Below, piece after piece: positions 1-9,809 of a stretch of DNA of 64,000 nucleotides. The position numbers and the translations under genes are program-made. The DNA comes from Christensenellaceae bacterium (GTDB taxonomy: Bacteria; Bacillota; Clostridia; Christensenellales; UMGS416). Within the stretch, counting starts at the first letter, position 1; every line of letters starts with the position of its first letter. The notes below the pieces were generated by a model. The model did not search any database. It was not told the DNA's origin and saw nothing but the letters and a program-made list of their open reading frames with translations. The stretch is from assembly GCA_963676355.1 (NCBI GenBank), contig OY781093.1:2195455-2259454 (forward strand), written 5' to 3'.

Positions 1-361
1 CTTTCACCTGCTGATAATATAGCACTTTTCCCGGTTGCTTAACCATGTCTATATTTTCAACATGTACGAATTTTGAGCCTGTAGAATACTTTTCAAGAAG
101 CTCTTTTACTGTACTATTTTCATTTCCTGGTTCAAATAGAGTATATATGTACACATCTTGCGAAAGACTTTCTAGAATATGCTCTGTTTGGCTTGTCAGT
201 GAATATATTCTATTTTCAGTTAAGTCCAAAGAAAGGTCGAATTTATTGTCAAGGTACTCTGTACCCATATTGAATACAAATGCAATCACAATTACTATAG
301 CGGACATAAGTAACGCATATCCGCCGTATTTAAATTTCTTGTTTTTGAAAAAATTATTCAT
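1..361 (-). CDS. GldG-like ABC-transporter accessory protein, N-terminal part (gene runs off the window start)
   Basis: Not in the ORF track because it is truncated by the window edge. ATG at 361 is preceded by GGAGTGAGGGG. My translation is MNNFFKNKKFKYGGYALLMSAIVIVIAFVFNMGTEYLDNKFDLSLDLTENRIYSLT..., an N-terminal TM anchor followed by a soluble domain. This is the usual third gene after an ABC ATPase and ABC-2 permease. Confidence 0.55.
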   Translation of the reverse strand, partial: MNNFFKNKKFKYGGYALLMSAIVIVIAFVFNMGTEYLDNKFDLSLDLTENRIYSLTSQTEHILESLSQDVYIYTLFEPGNENSTVKELLEKYSTGSKFVHVENIDMVKQPGKVLYYQQVK

Positions 362-365
362 TTTG

Positions 366-1106
366 TCACCCCTCACTCCAGCGTCTTCTTTCAATGTTTC
401 TCATAGTCAAGTATAAGAAAACAATTATGAAAGTAAAAAAGTACAACAATGGCGATAAGGATACAATGCCAATTGAAAAATAGTTCATTCTCGTGTAAAC
501 CATAAGTCCATTTAATATTATTAGGAAAAATTCTATTACCTGTTTGACAACTGGAATATCAGGCACACTTGCAGTTGATATCGCTGATGCTCCGATATAG
601 ATAAACAAGAGTGCGAAAAATGTCATCAAAGCTGATATAACCTGATTTTCAGTAACTGATGAAATAAACAATCCCACTGAAATAAGCGCACTTCCCAGCA
701 AGAAAAATCCAATGTATCCTGCGACAATTTCTCCGAATGACGGCATGCCGAAAATCGACAATATTATCGGGAATACAAATGTTATGACAAGCGTTACAAA
801 GAATACAGAAATCGCCGCCAAATACTTCCCAAGTACTATTGATGACAGTTTAACAGGAGCTGTTAAAAGCAACTGATCGGTTTTTGTTTTTCTATCCTCT
901 GATATAAGTTTCATAGTAAGAATCGGCACCAAAAGCATAAAGATAAATGTCATAGACCCAAGTGTCGAGTTGAAACTTACATTCATATATCTAATATTAT
1001 TGTATATGAACATAATGCCTGTAATGAGCGTGAATGCTCCAATAAATATATACGCAATAGGTGAAAGAAAATAGCTTTGCACCTCTCTTTTCCAAATAGC
1101 CAGCAT
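366..1106 (-). CDS. ABC-2 type transporter permease
   Basis: 246-aa polytopic protein (MLAIWKREVQSYFLSPIAYIFIGAF...) lying 4 nt after the ATPase gene and 4 nt before the GldG-like gene. Confidence 0.8.
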   Translation of the reverse strand: MLAIWKREVQSYFLSPIAYIFIGAFTLITGIMFIYNNIRYMNVSFNSTLGSMTFIFMLLVPILTMKLISEDRKTKTDQLLLTAPVKLSSIVLGKYLAAISVFFVTLVITFVFPIILSIFGMPSFGEIVAGYIGFFLLGSALISVGLFISSVTENQVISALMTFFALLFIYIGASAISTASVPDIPVVKQVIEFFLIILNGLMVYTRMNYFSIGIVSLSPLLYFFTFIIVFLYLTMRNIERRRWSEG

Positions 1107-1109
1107 TAT

Positions 1110-2054
1110 TTACATCCCCCCATCTTCGGTTGTAAGCTGAAGGAAGATATCTTCCAAAGTTACATCCATTGGTCTCATCATTAAAATCGGATTGCCCAAT
1201 CTTGCCATTGTGTTAAACAGCGAGCGTCTAACATCCGCATTCTTTTCTGATTCAATAATATAGTCAACACTGTCAGCCTCACGAACACCGAGCTCATCCA
1301 CAAATGATACACCTGATATTTCGCGAATAGCCTTTCGTACAGATGAGTTTGCCCCAGCAATGCGAACCGACATTCTTTTTATTTCATTAACAGAGCTTGC
1401 AAGATTTTCAAGCGTATCTTTTGCAACAATTTTCCCTTTGTCAATTATTATGACGCGCTCGCAAACGTCTGCTACTTCATGCAATATATGTGAGCTTAAA
1501 ATGACTGTGTGGCTTTTACCCAAGTCTTTAATGAGATTGCGTATCTCGATAATTTGTCTTGGATCAAGTCCTACAGTAGGTTCATCCAGAATAAGAACTT
1601 CAGGGTTTCCGATTAATGCCTGAGCAAGTCCCACTCTCTGTCTGTAACCTTTGGATAAGTTTTTGCAAAGTCTTTTGCGCATATGGGATATTCCCACCAG
1701 ATCACAAACATCAGCCAGATGTCCTTTTCTTTTTTCTTTGCTTACGTTTTTTATGTCGCAACAAAAATTAAGATATTCCTCCACTACCATATCAAGATAT
1801 ATAGGTGGTTGTTCAGGTAGATATCCAATGTGCTTTTTCACTTCAAGCGGTTCTTCCAGAATATCATGATCAGCTATTTTCGCAGTCCCTCCGGATGATG
1901 AAATGTAGCCAGTTATAATATTCATTGTTGTAGATTTTCCAGCACCGTTTCTGCCTAGAAAGCCTACAACCTCACCTCTTTTGATTTCAAAGCTGATGTC
2001 ATCAACGGCAAGGTTTTCTCCGTAACGCTTGGTCACGTGTTCGACTTTGATCAT
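1110..2054 (-). CDS. ABC transporter ATP-binding protein
   Basis: Walker A GRNGAGKST, signature LSKGYRQR, Walker B ILDEPTVGLD. Confidence 0.9.
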   Translation of the reverse strand: MIKVEHVTKRYGENLAVDDISFEIKRGEVVGFLGRNGAGKSTTMNIITGYISSSGGTAKIADHDILEEPLEVKKHIGYLPEQPPIYLDMVVEEYLNFCCDIKNVSKEKRKGHLADVCDLVGISHMRKRLCKNLSKGYRQRVGLAQALIGNPEVLILDEPTVGLDPRQIIEIRNLIKDLGKSHTVILSSHILHEVADVCERVIIIDKGKIVAKDTLENLASSVNEIKRMSVRIAGANSSVRKAIREISGVSFVDELGVREADSVDYIIESEKNADVRRSLFNTMARLGNPILMMRPMDVTLEDIFLQLTTEDGGM

Positions 2055-2101
2055 TTACTTCCCTCCTGCTTCACTGTCTTAAATGTTCTAATACGATTTA
2101 A

Positions 2102-2128
2102 ATGGAGAAAACACAACATTTTCTCCAT
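2102..2128 (-). terminator. Perfect 10-bp hairpin (ATGGAGAAAA / TTTTCTCCAT, 7-nt loop) between recN and the ABC operon; possible terminator or leader structure
   Basis: Read directly from the sequence. The T-run is better on the plus strand than on the minus strand, so its role is uncertain. Confidence 0.35.
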
Positions 2129-2282
2129 TTTTCAGACTAAAATATTTTACCAAATTTACCTTCTCAATGTATGAACAAAATGTAAAATACCCTGATAGGT
2201 CTTAACTATTTATATTTTAAAAACTATAGATTTACCAAAGTGTTTCATATATATTAAGAAATGTTAATATATCAATTTTATC

Positions 2283-3995
2283 TTAAATAGTTTTCTTAAA
2301 CTCTCTTGACCATTCTATTATTTCTTTTGCGTGCGCATCGCTAAACTGGCTTATGTTGTTTCCGCCCACCAGTCGCGAAATTTCCGTATATCTTTCTTGT
2401 TCGCCAAGCATATTAACTTCTGTTTTCGCTCTGGTTTCATCTGTTTGCTTTTCAATATAGTGGTGTACATCCGCCATAGCCGCAATTTGCGCTGTGTGAG
2501 TGACACAAATCACCTGATGTTTCCTTGCAATAAGTGCAAGCTTTTGAGCAACAACAGAAGCCATAATGCCGCTTATACCAGTGTCGATTTCGTCAAAAAT
2601 CACAGTGGGGATATTATCACTTTCAGAAGAAATAGTTTTAAGCGCAAGCATTATTCTTGATATTTCACCGCCTGAAGCTATCTTGTTTAAAGGTTTTAAA
2701 TCTTCGCCTGGATTTGTAGCGATTAAAAGCTCCACTTCGTCAGCTCCATTTTGATAGAAAACCAACTTGTCATCATCTGTATATTTTCTTCTAAAATTCA
2801 CATCAAACTTCGCCCTTTCCATTCCAAGGTGCGAAAGCTGATCTATAATATTTGCACTTAGTTGGATAGATTTCGTTTTTCTGATTTCAGTTATCTTGTC
2901 AGACAGTTCATTAAGCTTATGATAGAGACCCACTTTTTTCTTATTCAAATCTTCTATTACAAATTCGTTTTCTTCCAAATCACTAATTTGCTTTTTGGTT
3001 TCATCGCGATACTGGAGTATCTCTTCAATGCTTGTACCGTATTTTCTCTTAAGCTTATTAATATCACTTATTCTGCCCTCAATGCTGTCCAAGTCGCCTT
3101 CAGCATATGCCTCATTGAATTTTAGAGAACGAATTTCCTGAGCGATATCTTCACTATCAATCAACAAAGACTCCACTCTGTTGCTAAGCTCTGTGTAGTT
3201 TTCTGAAATAGCGCTCAACTCACCCACATACTTTTTCACATCCGAAAGCAGGCTTACAATGCCGCCAAACATTTCTCCGTCTCCAAAAAAAGCGGCGTAT
3301 GAGTTTTCCATGTTTTGCTGAATCTTTTCCGCATGTTGGAGCATGTCTCTTTGATCTCTCAGCTCTTCATCTTCTCCCGGTTTCAACTGCATAGCTTCTA
3401 TTTCGCCAAGTTGGAAATTAAGCATTTCCAACCGCTTTTGCTTTTCTCTGTCATCAGTTTTAATTGATTCAATCCTATTTGAAACTGAAATGTATTCTTT
3501 GAGCACACTCTTGTACTCTTTAATTATTTCGCTCAACTCTTTCTTACAAAAAGCATCAAGCACATTAATATGATTTTTGGGATCAAGCAGCGATTGGTGT
3601 TCATGCTGTCCATGAATATCAATTAATTCTCTAGTAATCTGTGATAACTGACTAAGCGTCGCCATCCTACCATTTATCCTGCAAAAATTTCTGCCGCGCG
3701 ACGATATCTCACGAGCTACAATAAGTTCATTTTCATCGATTTCGAACATATCATAAAGTGATTTTCTTATATTGGGGCATGCTGAAATGTCAAACAGAGC
3801 CTCCACATATGCGCTGTCGGCTCCGCCTCTAATAAGCGTTCTGTCTGCTCTTTCACCCAAAACTAGGTTAACAGAATCTATAATGATTGATTTACCTGCG
3901 CCTGTTTCACCCGAAAGAATATTCAACCCTTCCCCGAATGTTATCTCAGCGCTCTCAATAACTGCAATATTTCGAATGGAAAGCTGTAAAAGCAT
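2283..3995 (-). CDS. recN: DNA repair protein RecN
   Basis: N-terminal Walker A GETGAGKS, a long coiled-coil middle, and a C-terminal SMC-type signature and Walker B (ASGGEISR, IFDEIDTGISG). Conserved argR-recN synteny. Confidence 0.95.
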   Translation of the reverse strand: MLLQLSIRNIAVIESAEITFGEGLNILSGETGAGKSIIIDSVNLVLGERADRTLIRGGADSAYVEALFDISACPNIRKSLYDMFEIDENELIVAREISSRGRNFCRINGRMATLSQLSQITRELIDIHGQHEHQSLLDPKNHINVLDAFCKKELSEIIKEYKSVLKEYISVSNRIESIKTDDREKQKRLEMLNFQLGEIEAMQLKPGEDEELRDQRDMLQHAEKIQQNMENSYAAFFGDGEMFGGIVSLLSDVKKYVGELSAISENYTELSNRVESLLIDSEDIAQEIRSLKFNEAYAEGDLDSIEGRISDINKLKRKYGTSIEEILQYRDETKKQISDLEENEFVIEDLNKKKVGLYHKLNELSDKITEIRKTKSIQLSANIIDQLSHLGMERAKFDVNFRRKYTDDDKLVFYQNGADEVELLIATNPGEDLKPLNKIASGGEISRIMLALKTISSESDNIPTVIFDEIDTGISGIMASVVAQKLALIARKHQVICVTHTAQIAAMADVHHYIEKQTDETRAKTEVNMLGEQERYTEISRLVGGNNISQFSDAHAKEIIEWSREFKKTI

Positions 3996-4003
3996 TAATT
4001 ACC

Positions 4004-4453
4004 TCAGTCCAACAATTGTTTTAATTTTTCGCAGATTTCCTCTGCACTTACATCTTCTTTTACTATCATAAAAATAGTGTTATCACCTGCAATAGTTCCT
4101 AAAAAGCCTTCCCAGTTCAGTGCATCCAATGTTTCAGCCGCAGCATTTGCAGAACCTGTCATTGTTTTTATTACAATCATTGAGCCAGAATAGTCTATCG
4201 AGAGCACAGTGTCTGCAAATATCCGCAAATGTCTGGAAGAAATCCCAGTGGACGCAGATGACTGGCTTGCGTATTTATAGCCGCCATTAACCCCAGGAAC
4301 TTTAATTAGGTTAAGCTCCTTGATATCCCTTGACACAGTTGCCTGAGTGACATCCTGCCCCGCTTTTTTCAACTGGTTTGCAAGCTCTTCCTGTGTTTCA
4401 ATGTTCATGGATTTAATAAGTTCCATGATAAGCACATGCCTTTTATTTTTCAT
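4004..4453 (-). CDS. argR: Arginine repressor ArgR/AhrC
   Basis: 149 aa with a winged-helix N-terminus (QEELANQLKKAGQDVTQATVSRDIKEL) and the C-terminal oligomerisation motif GTIAGDNTIF. Confidence 0.9.
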   Translation of the reverse strand: MKNKRHVLIMELIKSMNIETQEELANQLKKAGQDVTQATVSRDIKELNLIKVPGVNGGYKYASQSSASTGISSRHLRIFADTVLSIDYSGSMIVIKTMTGSANAAAETLDALNWEGFLGTIAGDNTIFMIVKEDVSAEEICEKLKQLLD

Positions 4454-4465
4454 AAACTTCTCCGC

Positions 4466-5332
4466 TTATTCTATATGCTGTAGCATCTTGTCTCTGAATG
4501 CAGCATACATATTTTTTTTATCTATCCTAACAAACTTGGCATAAACATCTGCTTTGTTTATCACCACTTTATAACCTTCAGGTATTTCATGCGACTGCTG
4601 TCCATCAGCTATAAGCAGCACGTCACCCTCTCGATATTCAGCGACTATCTCAATAGTCAAATTATCTGGCGCCACAAACGGACGAGTGTGCAGCGAGTGC
4701 GCACATATAGGTGTAATCAGTGTGCATCTTACTTCAGGCATAACTACCGGTCCACCGGCTGAAAGCGAATAAGCAGTAGAGCCCGTTGGGGTTGAAATAA
4801 GCACTCCGTCTGCAGTAAAAGCCTCCATCAGTTTGCCATCAACATAAACTTTTATTTTTATAATTCCTGTTGTAGAGCTACGGATTATAGCAAATTCATT
4901 GACTGCTATATCCGAAGACTTATCTTCTTTTCCATTGATGCTTCTTACAGTTCCGCAAAGGGTGTTTCTTTTTTCCACAAAGAAATCCCCTTCAAAATAT
5001 TTTCTAATTCCAGCTTCCATGGAGTTAACATCAAGCTCTATTAAAAAGCCGCGTCTGCCAGCATTAATGCCCACAATGTTTATATCAGTGTCAGAAAAAA
5101 GTCTTTGTGCCGCAAGCAATGTGCCATCCCCGCCTACAGTGAATATAACATCACATTTTTCTTTCAGTATTTTAGCATCTGAATTGTCCTTTTGATGTTT
5201 TTTTCCGTTTTGAGCAACATAAATTTCTGCATCATATTCATTAAGCAAGGCTATTAGCTTCTCAGAAATCTCCTTACTTTTATCCTTATCATTGTTTAAG
5301 AATAATCCGGCTTTAATTTTTTTTGCGCTCAT
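4466..5332 (-). CDS. nadK: NAD kinase
   Basis: GGDGTLL motif and TPTGSTAYSLSAGGP motif. Confidence 0.9.
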   Translation of the reverse strand: MSAKKIKAGLFLNNDKDKSKEISEKLIALLNEYDAEIYVAQNGKKHQKDNSDAKILKEKCDVIFTVGGDGTLLAAQRLFSDTDINIVGINAGRRGFLIELDVNSMEAGIRKYFEGDFFVEKRNTLCGTVRSINGKEDKSSDIAVNEFAIIRSSTTGIIKIKVYVDGKLMEAFTADGVLISTPTGSTAYSLSAGGPVVMPEVRCTLITPICAHSLHTRPFVAPDNLTIEIVAEYREGDVLLIADGQQSHEIPEGYKVVINKADVYAKFVRIDKKNMYAAFRDKMLQHIE

Positions 5333-5418
5333 ATATATTAATTTTCAAGCTTTCTTTTTATTCATTTAATTGCATTATAATTCATAATCTTTTTTTGTTC
5401 AAACTTTAAATTGTAATA

Positions 5419-6219
5419 TTATAGATTTTCAGCAGCTTTCTTAATTATCAAATTGATATCGCTGAGTTTAATTTTCTCTTGTGCATTTTTCGCTGCGTAT
5501 AATAGGTACTCTACATTGCCCTTCTGGCCTGTGATAGGAGAATAATCAATTCCCTGTATCGAAAACGCTGTTTCATTTTTAAGAAAATCGATAACTTTGT
5601 TTATCACTTCAAAATGAACTTTTTCATCACGAACTATTCCCTTTTTTCCAACTTGCTCCTTACCTGCTTCAAACTGCGGCTTTATAAGCACCACTATAAA
5701 TGCGTCTTCATCAGTACATAAATCCATTGCCGGAAGTATTTTTGTTAGCGATATAAAAGATACGTCGCACACTGCAGCATTCTTTTTCCCATCTATCATA
5801 TCAGGCTTCAAATACCTTGCGTTAGTGCGCTCTAATACAGTCACCCTTTCATCACTTCGTATCTTCCAAGAAAGCTGTCCATATCCAACATCAACACACG
5901 TCACATGACTTGCGCCATTTTGCAGCAAGACATCACTAAAACCACCTGTTGAAGCTCCAAAATCTATAAATGTTTTACCACTTGGGTTTATATCAAAAAC
6001 CTCAAGTGCTTTTTTAAGCTTAAGCGCTCCGCGGCTTACATATTTAAGTGATTCTTTTATTCTTATAACATCATCTTCTGAAATTGTTTGTGAGGGCTTT
6101 TCAACAGGAACTTCATTTACCAGAACCTTGCCAGCCATAATAAGTCTTTGAGCTTTGCTTCTTGAATCCACCAGCCCTTTTTCCGCCAAATATGTATCTA
6201 TTCTAAATTTATTCGCCAT
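5419..6219 (-). CDS. tlyA: TlyA-family rRNA 2'-O-methyltransferase (hemolysin A-like)
   Basis: N-terminal S4 domain plus an FtsJ-type SAM site (DFGASTGGFSDVL). Position between dxs and nadK. Confidence 0.85.
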   Translation of the reverse strand: MANKFRIDTYLAEKGLVDSRSKAQRLIMAGKVLVNEVPVEKPSQTISEDDVIRIKESLKYVSRGALKLKKALEVFDINPSGKTFIDFGASTGGFSDVLLQNGASHVTCVDVGYGQLSWKIRSDERVTVLERTNARYLKPDMIDGKKNAAVCDVSFISLTKILPAMDLCTDEDAFIVVLIKPQFEAGKEQVGKKGIVRDEKVHFEVINKVIDFLKNETAFSIQGIDYSPITGQKGNVEYLLYAAKNAQEKIKLSDINLIIKKAAENL

Positions 6220-6220
6220 A

Positions 6221-8077
6221 TCAAGCCAATCTTAAAAGTGTGTCTATAATGCTTTGCGTGTCAATTTTCGCAATTTTATGAAGCGATTCAATATTGCCCT
6301 GATTTATATACTCATCGGGATAACCATAGCTTTCAAAGTTAGTGGTGTCATATCCAATCTTGCTTAGTTCTTCAAGCACTGCACTTCCAAAGCCGCCCAT
6401 AATAACATTGTCCTCAAACGTAACAATCTTTTGATATTTTAAAGCCACCTGTTTTATTGTTTCATGATCAATAGGCTTAATCATATTCGCATTAAAAACG
6501 TCAACCTTTTTATATAAATCATTGCTTCTTACAGCATCCATAGCATTTACTAAAATTCCACCCGATGCAAATACCGCAACTTTAGAAGTTGCCGCCTTTG
6601 TGTATTTTAACCATCCATCAATATCCTTTGGCTTCACAAAAGCACGGCTAGGCATTGATTTTGGCAATAATATCACGCAAGGCTTCTTTGATCCCGTTGC
6701 CTTTTCAAGCATAAGTTGCGCTTCCTCAATATTTGCAGGAGTATAAATTGTAAGGTTAGGAATATGTCTTAAAAAAGACACATCAAACACCCCATGGTGA
6801 GTCTCTCCGTCAGAGCCCACGACCCCTGAATTGTATGCTACTATTGTAACACCAAGGTTCTGCATGCACATGTCATGAAGAATCTGGTCATATGCTCTTT
6901 GCAAGAAAGTTGAATATACAAAAAATACGGGTTTAAAGCCTGCAGCGGCCATCCCTGAGCACATAGTAACTGCATGCTGCTCTGCTATTCCAACATCAAA
7001 AAACCGATCAGCAAATTGATCTTTAAATTTACCCAAGCCACATCCATGCTCCATAGCGGCCGTCACTGCGCACAGTTTAGGATCTTTTTCAGCAAGCAGT
7101 GTCAGATAGTCACCCATAGCGTTTGGTATCTTATAATTCACATTATATTTTTCACCGGTCTCAGCATTAAAAGGGCTTGTGCTGTGATAATTGTCCGGTC
7201 TTTCTTCGGCAAATTTAACGCCCTTGCCCTTTTGCGTTTTCACATGCACTAATACAGGCTCTTGAATATATTTAACATGCTGAAATATTTTCTCCAAATC
7301 CTGAATATCATGTCCATCCACTATGCCGTAGTATCTAAAACCCAGTTGTTCAAACATTACGTTGGGAACAAAGAAATACCTGACTCCATTTTTAATGCGC
7401 TCAATAAAATGTTTTATTGGTTTGCCGATAACCGGAACTTTTTTCAATCCTCTTGCCACTGCGCCTTTTAAGTTCATGTAGCCTCGGGCTGAGCGCATAT
7501 TTGAAAGTAGTGCTGAAATAGCTCCAACATTTTCGCTTATTGACATCTCATTGTCGTTTAAAATGATGATTATTCTTTTGCCATAATGTCCAGCATCGCT
7601 TAGAGCTTCCCAAACCATGCCGCCTGTCATAGCTCCATCGCCGATAAGTGCTACAATGTTGTGGTCTTTTTCCGCTAAATCGCGAACTCTTGCCATTCCA
7701 ACCGCAGCTGAAATCGCTGTGCTGGAATGTCCTGTGTTAAAAGCATCATGTTTGCTTTCTTCGCGCTTTGGAAAACCGCTTATGCCATTTTCTTGGCGCA
7801 ATGTATCAAAAAGACCGTCTCTGCCCGTAAGGATTTTGTGAGCATAGCATTGATGCCCAACATCAAATACAATCTTATCATTTGCTGAATCAAACACGCG
7901 GTGCAAAGCTATGGTGAGTTCCACAACCCCAAGATTGGAAGCCAAATGTCCACCATTTTTTGCAACTGTATTGGTTATTTTATATCTTAAATCCTGGGCT
8001 AACTGAGTCAGCTCATTTATAGACATGCTTTTAATATTTGAAATGTTTGGAATATTATCCGTTGTTCTTTTTTCCAT
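6221..8077 (-). CDS. dxs: 1-deoxy-D-xylulose-5-phosphate synthase
   Basis: GHQCYAHKILTGR and the TPP motif IGDGAMTGG, 618 aa. The start at 8077 overlaps the upstream 4-TM gene by 23 nt. Confidence 0.95.
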   Translation of the reverse strand: MEKRTTDNIPNISNIKSMSINELTQLAQDLRYKITNTVAKNGGHLASNLGVVELTIALHRVFDSANDKIVFDVGHQCYAHKILTGRDGLFDTLRQENGISGFPKREESKHDAFNTGHSSTAISAAVGMARVRDLAEKDHNIVALIGDGAMTGGMVWEALSDAGHYGKRIIIILNDNEMSISENVGAISALLSNMRSARGYMNLKGAVARGLKKVPVIGKPIKHFIERIKNGVRYFFVPNVMFEQLGFRYYGIVDGHDIQDLEKIFQHVKYIQEPVLVHVKTQKGKGVKFAEERPDNYHSTSPFNAETGEKYNVNYKIPNAMGDYLTLLAEKDPKLCAVTAAMEHGCGLGKFKDQFADRFFDVGIAEQHAVTMCSGMAAAGFKPVFFVYSTFLQRAYDQILHDMCMQNLGVTIVAYNSGVVGSDGETHHGVFDVSFLRHIPNLTIYTPANIEEAQLMLEKATGSKKPCVILLPKSMPSRAFVKPKDIDGWLKYTKAATSKVAVFASGGILVNAMDAVRSNDLYKKVDVFNANMIKPIDHETIKQVALKYQKIVTFEDNVIMGGFGSAVLEELSKIGYDTTNFESYGYPDEYINQGNIESLHKIAKIDTQSIIDTLLRLA

Positions 8078-8654
8078 TGTTCTCTCTTTTGAATTTCAGA
8101 TGTAGTATTCTTATGAAATTCCCTACAGCTAAAGTAATTTCTTTATTATATTTCATTGCAATTATTTTGCCTAATGCTTTGCCCGAAACGGTTAGAGTCG
8201 CAATAATAGCACTCGTTACAACAGCAATTGCAATCTGTGGAATGTCTTTTATGCTTTGCATAATTGATATTGTTATAATTGCACCCATAGCGCCAGATAT
8301 TATTCCACAAATATCACCAACAACATCATTGCAAATATTACTAACAAGATCAGCTCTTTTAAGCAGCATAATAGCTTGAGCTGCTCCATTTATTTTTTTT
8401 GAAGACATGGAAACAAAAGGCTTGATTTCCGCCGCAGCTACCGATATGCCGATAGTATCAAACGTAACGCCAATTAGTATAAATATTATCAAAACTAGAA
8501 TAGCAAAAGGCAAAGAAACAGTCTGTAAAAATGACTCCGCTACTAAGCTCATTGATATTGAGAGTATAAAAGTAAGGACTACAATCTTTAAAACCCAACC
8601 GTTAGCCCTTTTTCTAGGAGCGGTTACTGTACCGCTTTCATTTTTTTTTCTCAA
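8055..8654 (-). CDS. oapA: Small four-TM membrane protein, probable OLE-associated protein OapA
   Basis: The track ORF 8055..8786 is trimmed to the TTG at 8654, which has AAAGGT 7 nt upstream. The upstream 44 codons run into the GC-rich RNA region and look non-coding. About 199 aa with four hydrophobic segments, sitting between a large ncRNA and dxs as described for oapA. Confidence 0.65.
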   Translation of the reverse strand: MRKKNESGTVTAPRKRANGWVLKIVVLTFILSISMSLVAESFLQTVSLPFAILVLIIFILIGVTFDTIGISVAAAEIKPFVSMSSKKINGAAQAIMLLKRADLVSNICNDVVGDICGIISGAMGAIITISIMQSIKDIPQIAIAVVTSAIIATLTVSGKALGKIIAMKYNKEITLAVGNFIRILHLKFKRENNGKKNNG

Positions 8655-8671
8655 ATTATTACCTTTAAATA

Positions 8672-9248
8672 AAATTAGGTGGCAACATAATGGGTAAACC
8701 TTGCGGCATTGGTCCAGCAGGATTTCCCCTAGTGCTTGCCTGTTGTCGCCAATCAGGCGGTTCCCCTTTAAAAGCACAGCTGCCATGTCGCCATGGACAG
8801 GGCTGGATTACCGTAACATCCACACTATAATCCCCATTATGTCAAATAGCTACAGTCTAGGAGCTTTCCTCTGCAGCACCTTCCGATTCCTATCCTTTTT
8901 TGCAACAGAGGTTTCATCCGGCAATCATTTCCTTTAGGAGTGCACTTCCACAAGTAAATGTAATCCAAAATCCACCCGAACCACTCAAGGCAGGCTACAC
9001 TGCACACAGCTTTACTCACCGCATTACAGGTTTAATCCCGCAAAGTAGTTTCCCACCTATACGGGTCTCCACGAAAGCTGGGTCAACGCCCGCATGCCAT
9101 TGCGGATCGCCCTTCTTTCTTAACTTCCAGCACCAGCCCCCAACTGGGCGTCGGTAGCCGGCACAAGAAACTTCATCGATTTGCCCTTTAACGGATTTTT
9201 AGCCCCGTCTTCGGAAACGGCGTTGCTGACTAGAATACTGCACCACCA
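8672..9248 (-). ncRNA. ole: OLE (ornate large extremophilic) RNA candidate; ends approximate (+/- 15 nt)
   Basis: A GC-rich stretch of about 580 nt with no credible CDS in an AT-rich genome. It is driven by a consensus promoter. Terminal pairing is possible between GGUGGUG (9247-9241) and CCACC (8682-8678). The ispA ... ole-oapA-dxs operon context is diagnostic. Confidence 0.7.
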
Positions 9249-9254
9249 TTTTAA

Positions 9255-9283
9255 ATTATATCATATCAAGAATTTTGTTTCAA
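9255..9283 (-). promoter_or_regulatory. Sigma-A type promoter reading into the OLE candidate
   Basis: Minus strand TTGAAA (9283-9278), 17-nt spacer, TGaTATAAT (extended -10, hexamer 9260-9255). Predicted TSS near 9248. Confidence 0.6.
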
Positions 9284-9344
9284 TTAATGCTATAAGCATT
9301 CAAATCTTCTTCATATTTGAACGAAAATAGTTTGTTACTAACCG

Positions 9345-9809
9345 CTACCCCGAAATTGTCAAGAAGCAATAAACCAAAGACACAGCAATTCCCAGCAATG
9401 CGCCCATAAGAACTTCTATAGGCTTGTGTCCTATCAGTTCCTTTAACTTTTCAACATGAAACTCTTTGTGCTCTCGTATTTCTTCAATCAAGAAATTAAT
9501 TATTGTTGCCTGTTTTCCTGTCTCATAGCGCACGCCTGCCGCATCATACATTACTATCCCAGAAAAAATGAGAGATAACGCAAATATCGGAGAATCAAAG
9601 CCCTGCATTATGCCAATTGTAGATGCAGCGCTAATTATGACTGAAGTATGAGAACTAGGCATACCGCTTGATGAAAAAAACATTGAAAATTTCAATTTCT
9701 TTTCAGCAGGATATGAGGTAAAAATCTTTAAAAATTGCGCCAAAAACCATGAGATAAATGCTGTGACAAACACAGGGTTTTCAACTACTTTCCAAAAATC
9801 TAAATGCAT
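9345..9809 (-). CDS. Divergent PAP2 / DUF212 family membrane protein
   Basis: 154 aa, polytopic, with PSSHTS and YDAAGVR motifs typical of the acid phosphatase/vanadium haloperoxidase-related DUF212 family. Confidence 0.7.
   Translation of the reverse strand: MHLDFWKVVENPVFVTAFISWFLAQFLKIFTSYPAEKKLKFSMFFSSSGMPSSHTSVIISAASTIGIMQGFDSPIFALSLIFSGIVMYDAAGVRYETGKQATIINFLIEEIREHKEFHVEKLKELIGHKPIEVLMGALLGIAVSLVYCFLTISG

Noticed and set aside
45-416. 123-aa plus-strand ORF at the window start
   Set aside because: It is antisense to the better-supported GldG-like gene (SD, TM anchor, operon logic) and to the permease stop.
8655-8786. N-terminal 44-codon extension of the 4-TM (oapA-like) ORF
   Set aside because: The extension reads into the structured RNA region and has no SD. 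The encoded residues (MAAVLLKGNRLIGDNRQALGEILLDQCRK...) are not membrane-protein-like. The TTG at 8654 with an AAAGGT SD gives a protein of about 199 aa with four TM helices.
8701-9157. Track ORFs 8701..8937 (+), 8837..9019 (-) and 8900..9157 (+) in the dxs-ispA gap
   Set aside because: They overlap one another on both strands and lack SD sequences. Their composition is odd (Cys/Arg/Pro-rich). They lie in a GC-rich segment that is better explained as the OLE-type structured RNA.
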